From NCBI RefSeq assembly GCF_000711695.1, contig NW_013547011.1:1-64000 (forward strand): 64,000 bases of DNA, read 5' to 3'. Position 1 is the first letter of the stretch; each line of letters begins with the position of its first letter. This DNA comes from Tilletiaria anomala UBC 951 (Eukaryota). A model generated the notes under the pieces. It searched no databases and was not told the origin of the DNA. It was given only the letters and a program-made list of their open reading frames with translations. This document shows positions 11,761 through 23,000 of this stretch, one piece after another. The position numbers and the translations under genes were made by a program.

Positions 11761-11955
11761 ATACTTACCTTGTTGTCCTTTCCGTGATCAAGCATACGGG
11801 CAAGGGACTGGGAGAAGCTGGCATTGCACGCCCGACCCGCTTTCGTCGCTCCCTTCGGGGATGGAACTGGCTTCACCTAGCCGCTGCGCTCCTCTGGGGT
11901 GCAGCGCAACCTAATCTTTTAAAGTGGCTTCGCCCCTTTCGGGGGGTGAAGCCTT
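11761..11955 (+). ncRNA. U1: U1 spliceosomal snRNA
   Basis: 5' ATACTTACCT (5' splice-site recognition). Helix H GTTG/CAAC. Stem-loop I with loop GATCAAGCAT (11786-11795, U1-70K site). ATTGCAC (11823-11829, U1A site). Stem III GCTGCGCTCC..GGGTGCAGC. U-rich single strand 11913-11924. 3' hairpin GGCTTCGCCCCT-TTCG-GGGGGTGAAGCC. Confidence 0.92.
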
Positions 11956-12518
11956 CCTCTTTTTGGATCGCCCTCCAAAAGCTTCTAGAACATTCTTGAA
12001 ATCAAACTAAACTAATCTCATCATACGCATAACTTACCTTGTGCCCCGACGTACGATTCCACATTCACAACCACAGATACTGCAATCTATTCAAGTGTCT
12101 GCGCCTGCTAACATAACCTCTCAAACAGGAGGATTTCAGTCCTTCGCAACCCTAAAATTTCTAGACGTTTCTCAGCTGCCGTGTGCCCGCCTCTTCAGCA
12201 TGCTCTTGCTGCCTTCCCGACTTGGCTATTTGGCGGCTTGTCTTCAAATATCGCTCACACGTACGAAGCGCTGCTGTGCACGATATTATATATATACCAT
12301 CGAAAACTCAAGTTTGTTCCCCAAGGGTGTCAGCTTTTGAAGGCATGATACGTACACGAGAGTAGATATCTCCACACATCTCGGCGTCGTGCACGCTTCA
12401 AGCTTCACGAGTCACGCCCGATTTGCAAGTCGTCACATAAGCAGTCCGACAATGTGAAAGACTTTCGGTTCTCTGATGGAATCAGAAAGTAAATGTAAGT
12501 TTTCGAGAGATATGTAGC

Positions 12519-13094
12519 TCATGAACCTCGATATGTGGTGTATGAAAAGGGCGAGAGGAGCAGCGGGATATGATAGTGTTGATCAGGCCGATTGGGCAAG
12601 GTGAATGTGACCTGGAACGTGTGGGAAGCAAAGTTCAAGTCAACGATCAACAAGGGATTGCGAGATTCCGGTTACAGGTTTTAGTCAGACTCTAGGCACG
12701 ACCACTGACCTCAACGAAGGGATAGAAGGTCGGTCGGCCGTCTTTCGCAAAGTAGGCTCCAGTCTCGAAGCGCATGCGATAGGCGCCTGGTGGGAGCTTC
12801 GTCTCTGGTACCAACAGTGTCGTGCACCTGCCATCAGAGTCTGTCTCCCTGCACAAGAAGAACGTCCGAAATCATGGGGGTGGTCGAGACATGAGCAAGC
12901 CGCTTGTAAAGTACATGTGTGACGACGATGGCGACGAACTCGCGGCTGGCGAATGCTACTCACCCCTCAGCCAGCTTCTCTGCAGCAGCTCCTCCGGTCG
13001 TGGATGAGAGCCTCTCGAGATATACTTTGACGCCTTTACCCGGCCGGCCGAGGGTGCTGTCCAGCACGTGGCAGGTGATGGGTGACTTGCTCAT
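12519..13094 (-). CDS. 5-hydroxyisourate hydrolase (transthyretin-like); exons 13094-12964, 12848-12710, 12611-12519
   Basis: Spliced product [19 protein letters not shown]...TDSDGRC...FYPFVEVTF...[19 protein letters not shown], with the HVLD motif and the C-terminal YRGS signature. Confidence 0.95.
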
Positions 13095-14121
13095 GTTGAA
13101 GAGCTGCCGTCTGGGGTCGTGTGAGCTAGCAGCTAACGATCGATCGCTCTGGATGGGGCTGCCAGCTGGATTTGATGATGTTGCGCGTTGGACAAACGGT
13201 AAATCGCAATGACCTCTCTCCAGCCCTGTCAACGTCGTCTATGTAATGAGGACTCGCTCCTGAAACTCGCTCAGCCTGTCCTCTCACTCCACGAAGCGAG
13301 CACTGGAGCTGCTGCACATTTATCTCTGCCTCGAACCCTAAGCTCACGACGATGACAACAGGTACTTGCGGGATGTTTGCGGGGCCCCTCTCCGCTAAGA
13401 ACATGTGCTGTGTGCGAGTTGCATCGGTGACAGAGAGTGCACACCTGTTCCGAGTTCCATGAACATTAACGAACCAAAAAGGCGTTCGGCACTTGGCGGG
13501 TGTTGCTATTCCCTCACCATACGCCAATAGCAATGGCCGTCCTAATTAGTTTCGTCATGAGCCTGGCCACGTTGACTCGCGGCTGTGACGCGACGCTGCG
13601 CTGTCCCTGTCTCCTTGCGGTCTGCTCTCTATCTCCCTTGCGGCAACTCCCCACTCTTGAAGGTCAGTGATGCGCACGTGCATCCTACAAAGCATCGTCA
13701 TACAGGTGTCGTAAACACAAAGTCACCAAGTGGTCCTTGGACAAGAAGATTAAATGCAGGGCAGTAGTAGCCATTTCTGCGCAAGGTTCTTTTCTTTCGC
13801 CGTCATCAAGATGCACAGCCTCTCCTGAATCAAAAGGGCACCAGCTCTTGCTTGTACGCAACCCGCGCACGCTACCACGCCATACCCGAGCGTGTTTGCT
13901 GACCTGCCAATCCTCCCTCCATCCCTTCCCCTGTGCGTCATACCGACCACGCAAAAAAGCACCTGGCTCTCGAATCCAACTCGGGACAGCTTCCGGGCCA
14001 CACCGCTCCTGCTCGTCGGTGGGGGAATCGCGACAGTCAGCGTACCATTTAGCCCGATAGAGTATAGGAGCTTGGCCGAGGCTCCGGATCGGGTCGACTT
14101 CAAGCTAAACCACCGAAAAAG

Positions 14122-15979
14122 ATGGCGACCCGCGACAACTTTACGCTCTATGGCTTCATTCTACCTGGAAGCTCACCACTCCTCGATCCTCGTAACTTCT
14201 ACGCCTTTTGCGGGTCGCTCTTCATCCTACATGCCGCGTTCCACTTCCTTTCTAACACCATCTTTGCCGGAGAGGAGAAGGAGAAGCACAAGGCACGCTC
14301 ATGGATTCTTACAACGATTGCCGGATTCGTGATGAGCGTGGCCAGTTTGCCTTATCTATATGACCTGTGCGCGTACGCATTCGACTTCACACGTGTCAAG
14401 CCCCGCCTTCAAGTCCTTGCGGACCCTCTAGCGTGCTTCTTTATGGCTTACCTGACCAGGTGAGCGCTATCGAACGATCCTCGCCGTATACCTGATTTTG
14501 ATCTTTTGCATTCTTTGTCGCCTCAGCGATCTCGTGCTAGGCTCCATTTACTACAGGAAGTTTATCAACATTGCAAGCGGCTGGGTGCACCACACCGCGT
14601 ATACTGGCTTGTTCCTCTACATCTTGCATAAACGATGGACCTACATTGCGGGAGCTGGCGCCATCTTCGAATTGCCGACGTTCATTATGGGCATGGCCAG
14701 CATGTTTCCGAGGCTTCGGTCCAACCGTGGCTTTACGATTAGCTTTTTCCTTACGCGCGTTTTCTTCCACGCCGGCCTTATCTGCATGCTTGCGACCGCC
14801 AAAGGGCGATCTGCGCCGTTTGTTGATGGGGGAATTGGGCCGTGCCTCTTCCTCGCGCTACCATTCCCAATGCACCTCTGGTGGGGCTACAAGGCAATTC
14901 GCAGCATGCAGCGGCGGATGGCCAAGCGCAAGCTGGAAATGATGATGCGGCTGGATTCGGATACCTCGTTCGCCGTCGCTGCAGGACAGTTCTTCAACGG
15001 AGTCGCACCCCCAGACGTGTCTTCTGCATTCAACACGCCTGCTACAACGCCCGGTGCAGATTCCCGTGCGCAGACCAACTTGGGCCCGACGAGCCCAGTG
15101 AATGGCGCGTTCCCCAAAGCCATCGCTGCTGCAAGCAAGACGGTGCGGCCCATGCGACTATTCATCGGCAAGCGCGACAAGTCTTCCACCTCTCGAGCGT
15201 CCACTGCTCCGAGCAGTCGCGCGATGTCATCGCACATCGAGATCACTCAGAATCCCTTCACCGCGCCGATCGCACCCGAGGGCGTCGAGATGGACGATGT
15301 CCACAAAGAACCATTCTTGGCCATCCGCAGTCCGGCCGAGACGTCCGATCGCGCGCGCCGTCTGATCGCCGATGCAGTGCGCAAGGCGTGGAACAACGCG
15401 CCCGAGGCGTGGCGAAGGCAGGTGGAGAGGGAAGCCCGCATGCGCTCGCCTCGGTTACTGCTCTCGCGTGGTGGCGCCTCCGTCTATCAGACCACCACTG
15501 CGACGGGCACCAGCACCGGTACCAGCGCGAGCGACATGACTTCCTCGGAAGATGAACCGGACCGCATGTTCGACGCACCTAGCGAGCTCTTTGTTACCAG
15601 CATCAGCGGCTGCGCCCACGTCGCCGACCCCTCCGCCACTGCGAGTGCAACGGTCGAGGACATCCAGCGCGAGCGCGGGCAAAGCGCTGCGGCGCGGCGC
15701 GCCCTCATCCGCGCCGTCCGACGTGCGATCAATGGCCGCAACTCGGATGGAGGCATACCATCTGAGCGATGCGACCAGTCTGGCGAGGCTCGCGCGCTGT
15801 CGCCAGTGGACTTTTCGGTGCTGTTGCGACGGCTGCCGCCAGACTTCTGGTCGCAGAGCTACGAGATACGCGAGTTCCCCGTTGAGAGAGACGGTAGCGA
15901 TAGTCGACGCAAGCGGCTCATGGGTCAGATTCGTAGACGAATGCAGGTTGCCAGGAGGGACGTCATGGTTTTCGAGTAG
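14122..15979 (+). CDS. TLC (TRAM/LAG1/CLN8)-domain membrane protein with long disordered C-terminus; exons 14122-14459, 14527-15979
   Basis: Multiple hydrophobic segments plus YLTSDLVLG, GWVHHTAY, ELPT and FFLTRVFFH motifs typical of TLC proteins. Confidence 0.8.
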
Positions 15980-17359
15980 AGTTTCCTTGGGCACTCTCAA
16001 GTCACTCGCCTCGGACGAACTATCGATTCAATGGACGGTCCTTAGATCATGAACATTGGCTTCCAGAATCTCTCAACACTCGCCTGCTAGGGTCCCTTGC
16101 ACGCTACATTTGATACCACCAGTCGCGTGACAAGTTCAATACGCATCAAAACACCTGTTGGCTTTTCCATTGATTTTCGACTTTCCCGATTCCATTCTCC
16201 AGGCGGAATATAGAGAGAAGAAGCCGTGTGTAACGGCTGCTTGTATATATTATAATACTTTTGCCTGCTGTGGTCTCATGCCGATACCCTGCGTTCACTG
16301 TCGCAATTGGTTCAATCCGGTATCCACGTATGTGTATGGGACCGTAATGTGCGCTATCTGGTTTCGGCAACGGTGCTAGCCCGCACCTTGCGAACACACT
16401 CTCAAGGCTGCTTCACAATCTGGCAGCCATCAATGTGTCGCACGGTGAAGTTTGTGTGAGATGTCAGTCGCACGCCGACTTGCATATAGACATCACTCTC
16501 CTGTAATATCGACCGAGATGATGGATAGCACAGAGGCGAACGAAGATGCAGATTGTAGGCGCATATGTGCCGCTTTGTTTAGGTAATCAATGTGCGCAAC
16601 ACTCGATGAACGAGAGAACCCTGGGATCCAGCTGCACAGCGCACAGGGCGGGCAGGAGCTCTCGGTCATCGGCATTTTGACGTGCTACTGTCTGTTGGAA
16701 GTGCCGCGCCTCTTTTTCGCTGATCAAAATACAGCGGGGTCCAGTTCCAAACGTGGGACCCCCCTTGTGCGTTGCATGATGCGTGAATGGCCAAATTTGT
16801 GGGGACGGGAAACATTAACAGTTAGACATATGGTCGTCGTCGAGCGTCCTTTACATAATGACGAAGTTATCGTGAGAGGGAGGGGAGGGGAGAGATAATT
16901 GCCCACAAAGCCCCCCAAGTGAGCAGCGTCGTAAAAGGTGCAATCAGCTGCAATAGAACCCCCAAACAGCGCATTGAACTGTCACGGCAATGTGCAATGT
17001 GCACTGCGCAAGCATCCGGCCCTCTCGTGGCCCGGAAACTGCCGGAGGATCCCCTCGCTGGTCGATGGTTGGTGAGGCGCGCAACTGGCTGCAGGCGCTG
17101 CACGCCAGTTTAATATTGTTTCGAGTGGAGAAATAAACAGTCACACCATTCACACACCTACAAGTAACTCGCTTCTAATCTTCACCAACACCATGGTGAC
17201 GGATACCATCGGGATACTCGTCCATGGTCATTCCTACCCTGCTTGAGTGTGTGCATAGTCGGTATTGGATCCCTGGAGACTCTTCGGAGAAGCTCAGCTG
17301 CTCATCCACCTAGTACATGTACCCTTTGTGAACATCGCGCGATCAGGGGCAAAACGGTT

Positions 17360-19848
17360 ATGGCCAACTCACGCAGGACCGTGTCCTCAGGCAAAGACAA
17401 GCCCTCTTTCCAGCTCGGCGGCGGAGATGACCAGTCGGACGATGATGACAGGAATCCCACCGTCGCCATCTCGTCGGGACCATCATCGACTCAGGCCCTA
17501 CGCACCACAGAGTCCGAAAAGCAACCATCTATACCAGGTTTCGCTGCTGCCTCTCAACGCTCGGGTTTCCGCAAAGATCCATCCCTCAAGCTGCCTGCCT
17601 TCACTTCTCTGACATCCATGCGTGATGATGAGGAGGATGGTTCAGAAGATGAAGAGCTGCGCTGGGAGCGCTACAAATCGCAGCCCTCGACGCCGAACAT
17701 CGCAGAGACGGCCCAGCAGCTCCGCCGGTCCCTGTCCATTCACGGCTTACACGAGTTAGCCAGTGCTCCTAAGAATGGTGGCATCAAGCACAAGATTTGG
17801 AGGCCGGAGAACGACCCGGTCCGAGAACCGGGTGATTGGGAGCGCCTCGCCGTCCATGTCATACGGGGTGGCATACGCGCTGGCCTCGTCTCCTTTGGCC
17901 TGAGGGGCACGGTCATGCTCATGTTTGCTCTGCTGAAGCTACTTCGCTCAAGGTCAGTTCCACTTCACTTCGATTCCTCCTGCACTCCTGTGGTATGCTA
18001 AACGTCTCTGGCTCGGATGGCTCACGTAGAAAATTCAGAGGGCAAGACTTTGTTCTCGCATACTTCGGGGTTGCGAATGGCCGGTTTTCGGCCATGTTTG
18101 GACTCTGGGCGGCTATATACAAGCTTGTGCATAACTCACTGCGTCTCACCACGCCCCCTCCGGCGCACAGCAAATCAAGGAAGCGGCGCGCATCATCGTC
18201 GACAACAGGAGCAGGGGCAGCAGAAAGCGCGGCGACTGAGCATGACGATGGCTCGGGCGACTCGGGCGTTGCTACACCGCGGAGCGGGTACGAAAAGCTG
18301 CAAGGCAAGACGGATGAAGAGAAAGCTAAGATCAAGAGCAGACAGAAGCGAAAGGCGTTCATGCGTGACCCGAGGAGTAGGGTGTGGCACGCATACGTAG
18401 CTGGTGCCGTGTCAGCACTGGCGGTGTTGGTGGAGACCAAGGATATGCGTGTCACACTTGCACAGCAGTTGCTCGTCAGGTGAGTCTTCGAATTTGACGT
18501 GGAGACTTGCCACAACCGTGATCCTTTACTTACTCCTTTTGATCGTTTCTTGCTCTTTCCCCCTCTTTCTAGAGGTTTAGAGGGCTCGTACAACCTTGCG
18601 CACGGACAAGGCCTGATCCACGTTCCATACGGTTCGGTATTGGTCTTCGGCCTGGCCTGCGGTCAGATCATGTTCGCTTGGATCAACGCGCCCGAGTCGC
18701 TGCCGAGGAGCTACGTCAGCTGGATCACACGCGCTTCGCAAGCCGGTCTACAATCGACTCCAGTTTACCGGGATCTCCGCGATCACAATGGGACGTTTGA
18801 TCCCAGTCACATTTACAAATACTTCCCCGATGGCAAGATCCCCCAACCTCTCTCTACCAACCCTCTTCGTTACCCTCCCGTCGCTCCTACGCCGACCAAC
18901 GTTTATGGCGTCACCGGCAAGCATGTCCGCGAATTCGTCAAGGCACTCGATATGCAAAAGCTTGGAGAACCGATTCCTCATTTACCGTGCTCTTTTATGC
19001 ATCCCTGGGAGAACAGCCACTTCTGGAGCCCCTTCGACCGCTTCATTAAGGTCACCCGATGGATCCTGCCAGTGTACATGACGCTTTATTTTGTACCAGC
19101 CATTTTCCTCCGTACGAGGTCATTCCTCAAGGCGTAAGTTTTCGAACGAAGTCGAGGGGTAGCGGCCTTCCCATGTTTCGCTCCTCAGAAATGTTCCTTG
19201 CGCTGACGATGCACTCTCACTGTTACCACATCTGATCTGCAGACCGATGCGCATCATCCTCCGTTCGCTTTTTGGATCCATCCGCTCCTCCTCCTTCCTC
19301 GGCGTCTTTGTCATCATCTTCCAAGTCATCTTCTGTGGCGCGCACCAGCTCTACGACGTGATTGATGCCAACGCGTCTCTCCGCGCCAACACGCCCGCGT
19401 GGGTCAAACGCATGCTGCTGCACCAAGGCGTGCCCTGGTTCGCAGGGTTCATGACGTGCCTCTCGCTCTTTGTTGATGACGCCAGGCGCCGCGCAGAGCT
19501 GGCTGCGTACGTCTTGCCGAAAGGCATGGAAAGCGCTTGGTCCATCGCCAGGCAGCGCTCCTGGGTCCCTTTCGTACCCGGTGGGGACCTTCTCCTCACT
19601 TCCATGGGCATGTCCATGGTCATGGTGAGTGCGCTGAGGCCTTGGCCCCTCGGGAAGCAAGCTTGCAATTCCTGTTCTGATGCACTAACAACGCTTCCTC
19701 TACAGGGAACGTACGCTCAAAGCCCAGAACAGCTGTCTGGGCTGGTGCGTCGCATCATTTACCAAGTGAGCCCGCTCACAGGGTACCTTCCCAATATCGC
19801 TTACTGATATTCCGGAACTCCTACTTGCAGTTTGTCGGTCGGAATTAA
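17360..19848 (+). CDS. TMEM135-like integral membrane protein; exons 17360-17952, 18030-18479, 18573-19133, 19243-19624, 19706-19765, 19831-19848
   Basis: GQIMFAW, PCSFMHPW, RSSSFLGVFV and RRAELAAYVLPKGMES motifs. Five canonical introns give one continuous frame. Confidence 0.82.
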
Positions 19849-20012
19849 GACAACTGCAACTGCCTGCATGATTCCTTCACCTGCTCTGTACCTTGCACGC
19901 ATTCAATCTAGACATCCCCTTTGGGGAAAAAAAGAGAAAGAGCGAAAGATGTGCGGCATAAACGCTGCATAGTTTCCAGCATTATGTCTGAAATGGCTGG
20001 CATGCCTTGCAA

Positions 20013-21075
20013 TTACAGCGCCTTGTTGCGTTCGTTTAGGAAGAAGCGGAAGCCCTCATACGACTGCAGAAGGGGAGCCAAAAATCAGTTACGACATCTA
20101 TGGGTGAGCGAGGTCATGATAAGGCTACTCACCAGCCAGCATAGAGCATTCGATGGCATGTACGTCAGCACCCTTGGTGCCAGCCCCCGTGCGAACCCTT
20201 TCATCCCTTCTCGTTGCTTAATGATTCGGAAAGCCTCGAACATGCCCGACGCATTCCTGATCGTTGCGTCTGTGCTTGTCCCCCTCGTCTGCAGAAGCGT
20301 CTTGGCAACATCGAGCGGATTTGTGACCGCAGCGCCCACGGCTCCCGAGAATCCGCCTGCTATCGCATGCGCCAAAGGCGAGTAGTTGTCGCTCGGATTT
20401 AATACCTTCTTGGCCCATTCGTAAACAGAGAATTGAACCGCAGTAAAAGGGACCGTCATGGTGAGCGTGGTCGGGTATGACACGTAGAAGGCGCGCAGGC
20501 CCTCTTGCTGGTAGACAGTCGAGGCGCATCGAAAGACAGATCGATGTACGGTTCCATGCATCTGCATGCGCTGTTTGATGACTGCGGATCCGGTGAAATG
20601 GTTAGCAATGCACAAATTGGGCGCACCGTGGTAGCGCGGACTCACCATCGAATGGGTTCATGAATGCATCCGAGACAATGGTTGCTGATGCACCAGCGAA
20701 AGCCGTGCTGGCGAATTGATGCCCTTCGTTATTCCCTCCCGTAAGCTCCTTGACCGCCTCATACGTTCCAAAGTACAGCGCATGTGCTGGCCCAGCGCCG
20801 AGAATGACCGATGTGACGCCTCTCCATAATGCCCTTGCTCCTTCGGCAGTGCTGATACGGGAGAACGCCTCCGCTACGCCAGAGTACGTCGCTGCTGGCG
20901 CTGCTGCTAGAACCTGCATTCGCGTTCGAACGACGTCGACGGGGAACATGACCGCATGCTCGCTGACCCCAGCGAGCGCACCCGCAATCATGTTGATGTG
21001 CAAGGGTGTCGAGGCGCCCAGACCTTCATAGTCAATCTCCTCCACTGCGTCTACTTCGGTCGACGATGCTGTCAT
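20013..21075 (-). CDS. MRS4: Mitochondrial iron carrier (mitoferrin, Mrs3/Mrs4); exons 21075-20646, 20581-20133, 20063-20013
   Basis: Three carrier repeats PVDVVRTRMQ, PFDVIKQRMQ and PLDVAKTLLQ, plus DYEGL, GAGPAHALYF and MPSNALCWLSYE. MRS3 versus MRS4 cannot be distinguished. Confidence 0.9.
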
Positions 21076-21758
21076 GATAGAAGTGGGACCAAGGTGGTGC
21101 TTTTGTGACTCGCGTGCCAATGTCAAATGCCTTCAAAGTCGGAAGCTTCAAGCACAGCGTCTAGAGATGATCCTCGAGCTGCGGCCCTAATCCTCGCCAC
21201 GTCTTTCGCACCCAGAGGTCGAAGAGCGGCTATCATACACTTGTCCCAAGAGGCAAGAGAAGCGGGAGTCCTTTGGACGCTGAGGTCCGAAGTCTGAGAA
21301 GTGCTGAGTGGGGACTGCAGCAGCGGTGGAGAATGCTGATACCACAAAAAAAGGAAGCAAAAACGCGTGTCGGCTATTCGGTGCGTGCTCCCTTCTCGCT
21401 TTCGCGCTCACTCGTCTCGAATCCTGATCGCGAGAAAATGCAGTGGAAAGAACCATAACCTGGCCTTATCCTCTTCGTCAGCCAGCCAGTCAAATCAACG
21501 CAGCGTCAAACGCATCCTGAGGCTAGTGAGGTATGGATCGGGATGCGCACGTAATGACGACAGCAGCCTGCTACAGCTGCTGATGCCCAATGGTGAACAA
21601 GGCCCCAGAACGTTGCCTACCTCAGCAGATCAGGGAGGAACTGCAGCTTGCAGTGCCTTATGCAAAAAAAAAATCATCAGGCCTGGTGTCATGCATGCGA
21701 GGTCATATTGTAACAGAAAGTATACATGAAGAGAAGAAGCGCGACTCTACAAGTCCAT

Positions 21759-23000
21759 TTACTTCTTCTTGCCGGCAATACTCTTGCCCCTCCGACTGCA
21801 AAAATAAGGCATACTGAAGTCAGCGTCTCATGCACACAACGCCAAGCACGCCAGAATACTCACCCGGTAGTCTTAGTGTGTTGACCCCTGACCCTGAGTT
21901 GAAGGTAGTGGCGGATACCCCTGTGCGCCCGAATCTTCTTCAACTTCTCGATGTCGTCACGCAGGGCCGAGTCGATGTTGTTGGAAGTGATTTGCGAGGA
22001 CTTGCCAGTGGTGATGTCACGTTGCCTGTTAAGGAACCACTCCGGAATCTTGAACTCTTGCGGGCTTTGAAGGATGTTGACGATGCGCTCGAGCTCGTCC
22101 GAGTTGAGCTCGCCGGCACTGCAAGGATGGTCAAGTAAATCCATGTCAGTGCCAAAATTGCTTCATCGAGCAAGAGCGCACTTGAAAGAGAAGCCTGCGG
22201 GCGCAGGTGAACCGCATGCGGCAGTCCGTGTCTGGATGCCCCTTCCCTCCGCCTTCCTCGGATAATAAATCACCCGAGTGTCATGCTGTTCGCCTGACCC
22301 AGTCCAATACAACCCCAGCCCATTCCATCATTGTAAATCGACCGTCACAATCAGTTCTCTCTCAGTGAGGATTGTCCTGGTCCAAATCGACAGTATCGCT
22401 CCCAACAAATGCCCGCGGGTGATCTGTGTGGGTATCGATGGCGAACAGCTGTCCTACGAGATTCGCTCTTCCACTGCCATTCCCCCTCTTGAGAGGCAGT
22501 CCGCCGTGGTGGAACCATCTGAACGCATGCACCAAGGCGGATTCTAGCTGGCTCGCCTTCGTCGTGCAAATCCATATACCCAGCCTTTTGAATCTTCCTG
22601 TCACTCTACTTCAACTGCGTCCCAGTACCCTCCCAAATTACCAGTTGCAACATCCGAAAATTCTGTAGGCGATCATCCGCTTTGCTCGCAAGACTCCGTG
22701 GGCCAAGGCCAAAGGCTTGTCGTCAGTGGAAAAATTAGACTCACCGCTTGTTCAGATCAATGTCAGCCTTCTTGCAGACGACGTTGGCAAAGCGGCGACC
22801 GACACCCTTGATTTGAGTAAGGGCGTACATGATCTTGACCTTGCCATCAACATTGGTGTTGAGCAGACTGAGGGGCAAAAAGGCGTCAGCAGGAAGAACA
22901 AGAGCCAATAGTAGCATTGCAAAACCTTGCGACTAAGCACACCAACTCACCGCAAGATGTGCGCGAATTGCATAGATGGGTCGGGCGGTACGAGAGCCAT
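21759..23000 (-). CDS. RPS18: 40S ribosomal protein S18 (uS13); exons 23000-22951, 22867-22745, 22118-21864, 21795-21759
   Basis: [14 protein letters not shown]...KGVGRRFAN...[10 protein letters not shown]...[12 protein letters not shown]...[15 protein letters not shown]. Probable 5'-UTR intron at 23128-23023. Confidence 0.96.
22329..22581 (-). ncRNA. Putative intronic H/ACA-like snoRNA in the long RPS18 intron
   Basis: Minus strand: a 5' branched domain closed by GGGTAT/ATACCC, an H-like box AGATCA (22425-22420), a 3' hairpin (GACC/GGTC, ACAATC/GATTGT) and ACA at 22334-22332. Confidence 0.5.

Noticed and set aside
13095..13232. In-frame upstream extension of HIU hydrolase as a possible PTS2 signal or OHCU decarboxylase fusion
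   Set aside because: Starts at TTG, has no RLx5HL/QL motif in frame, and shows no decarboxylase similarity.
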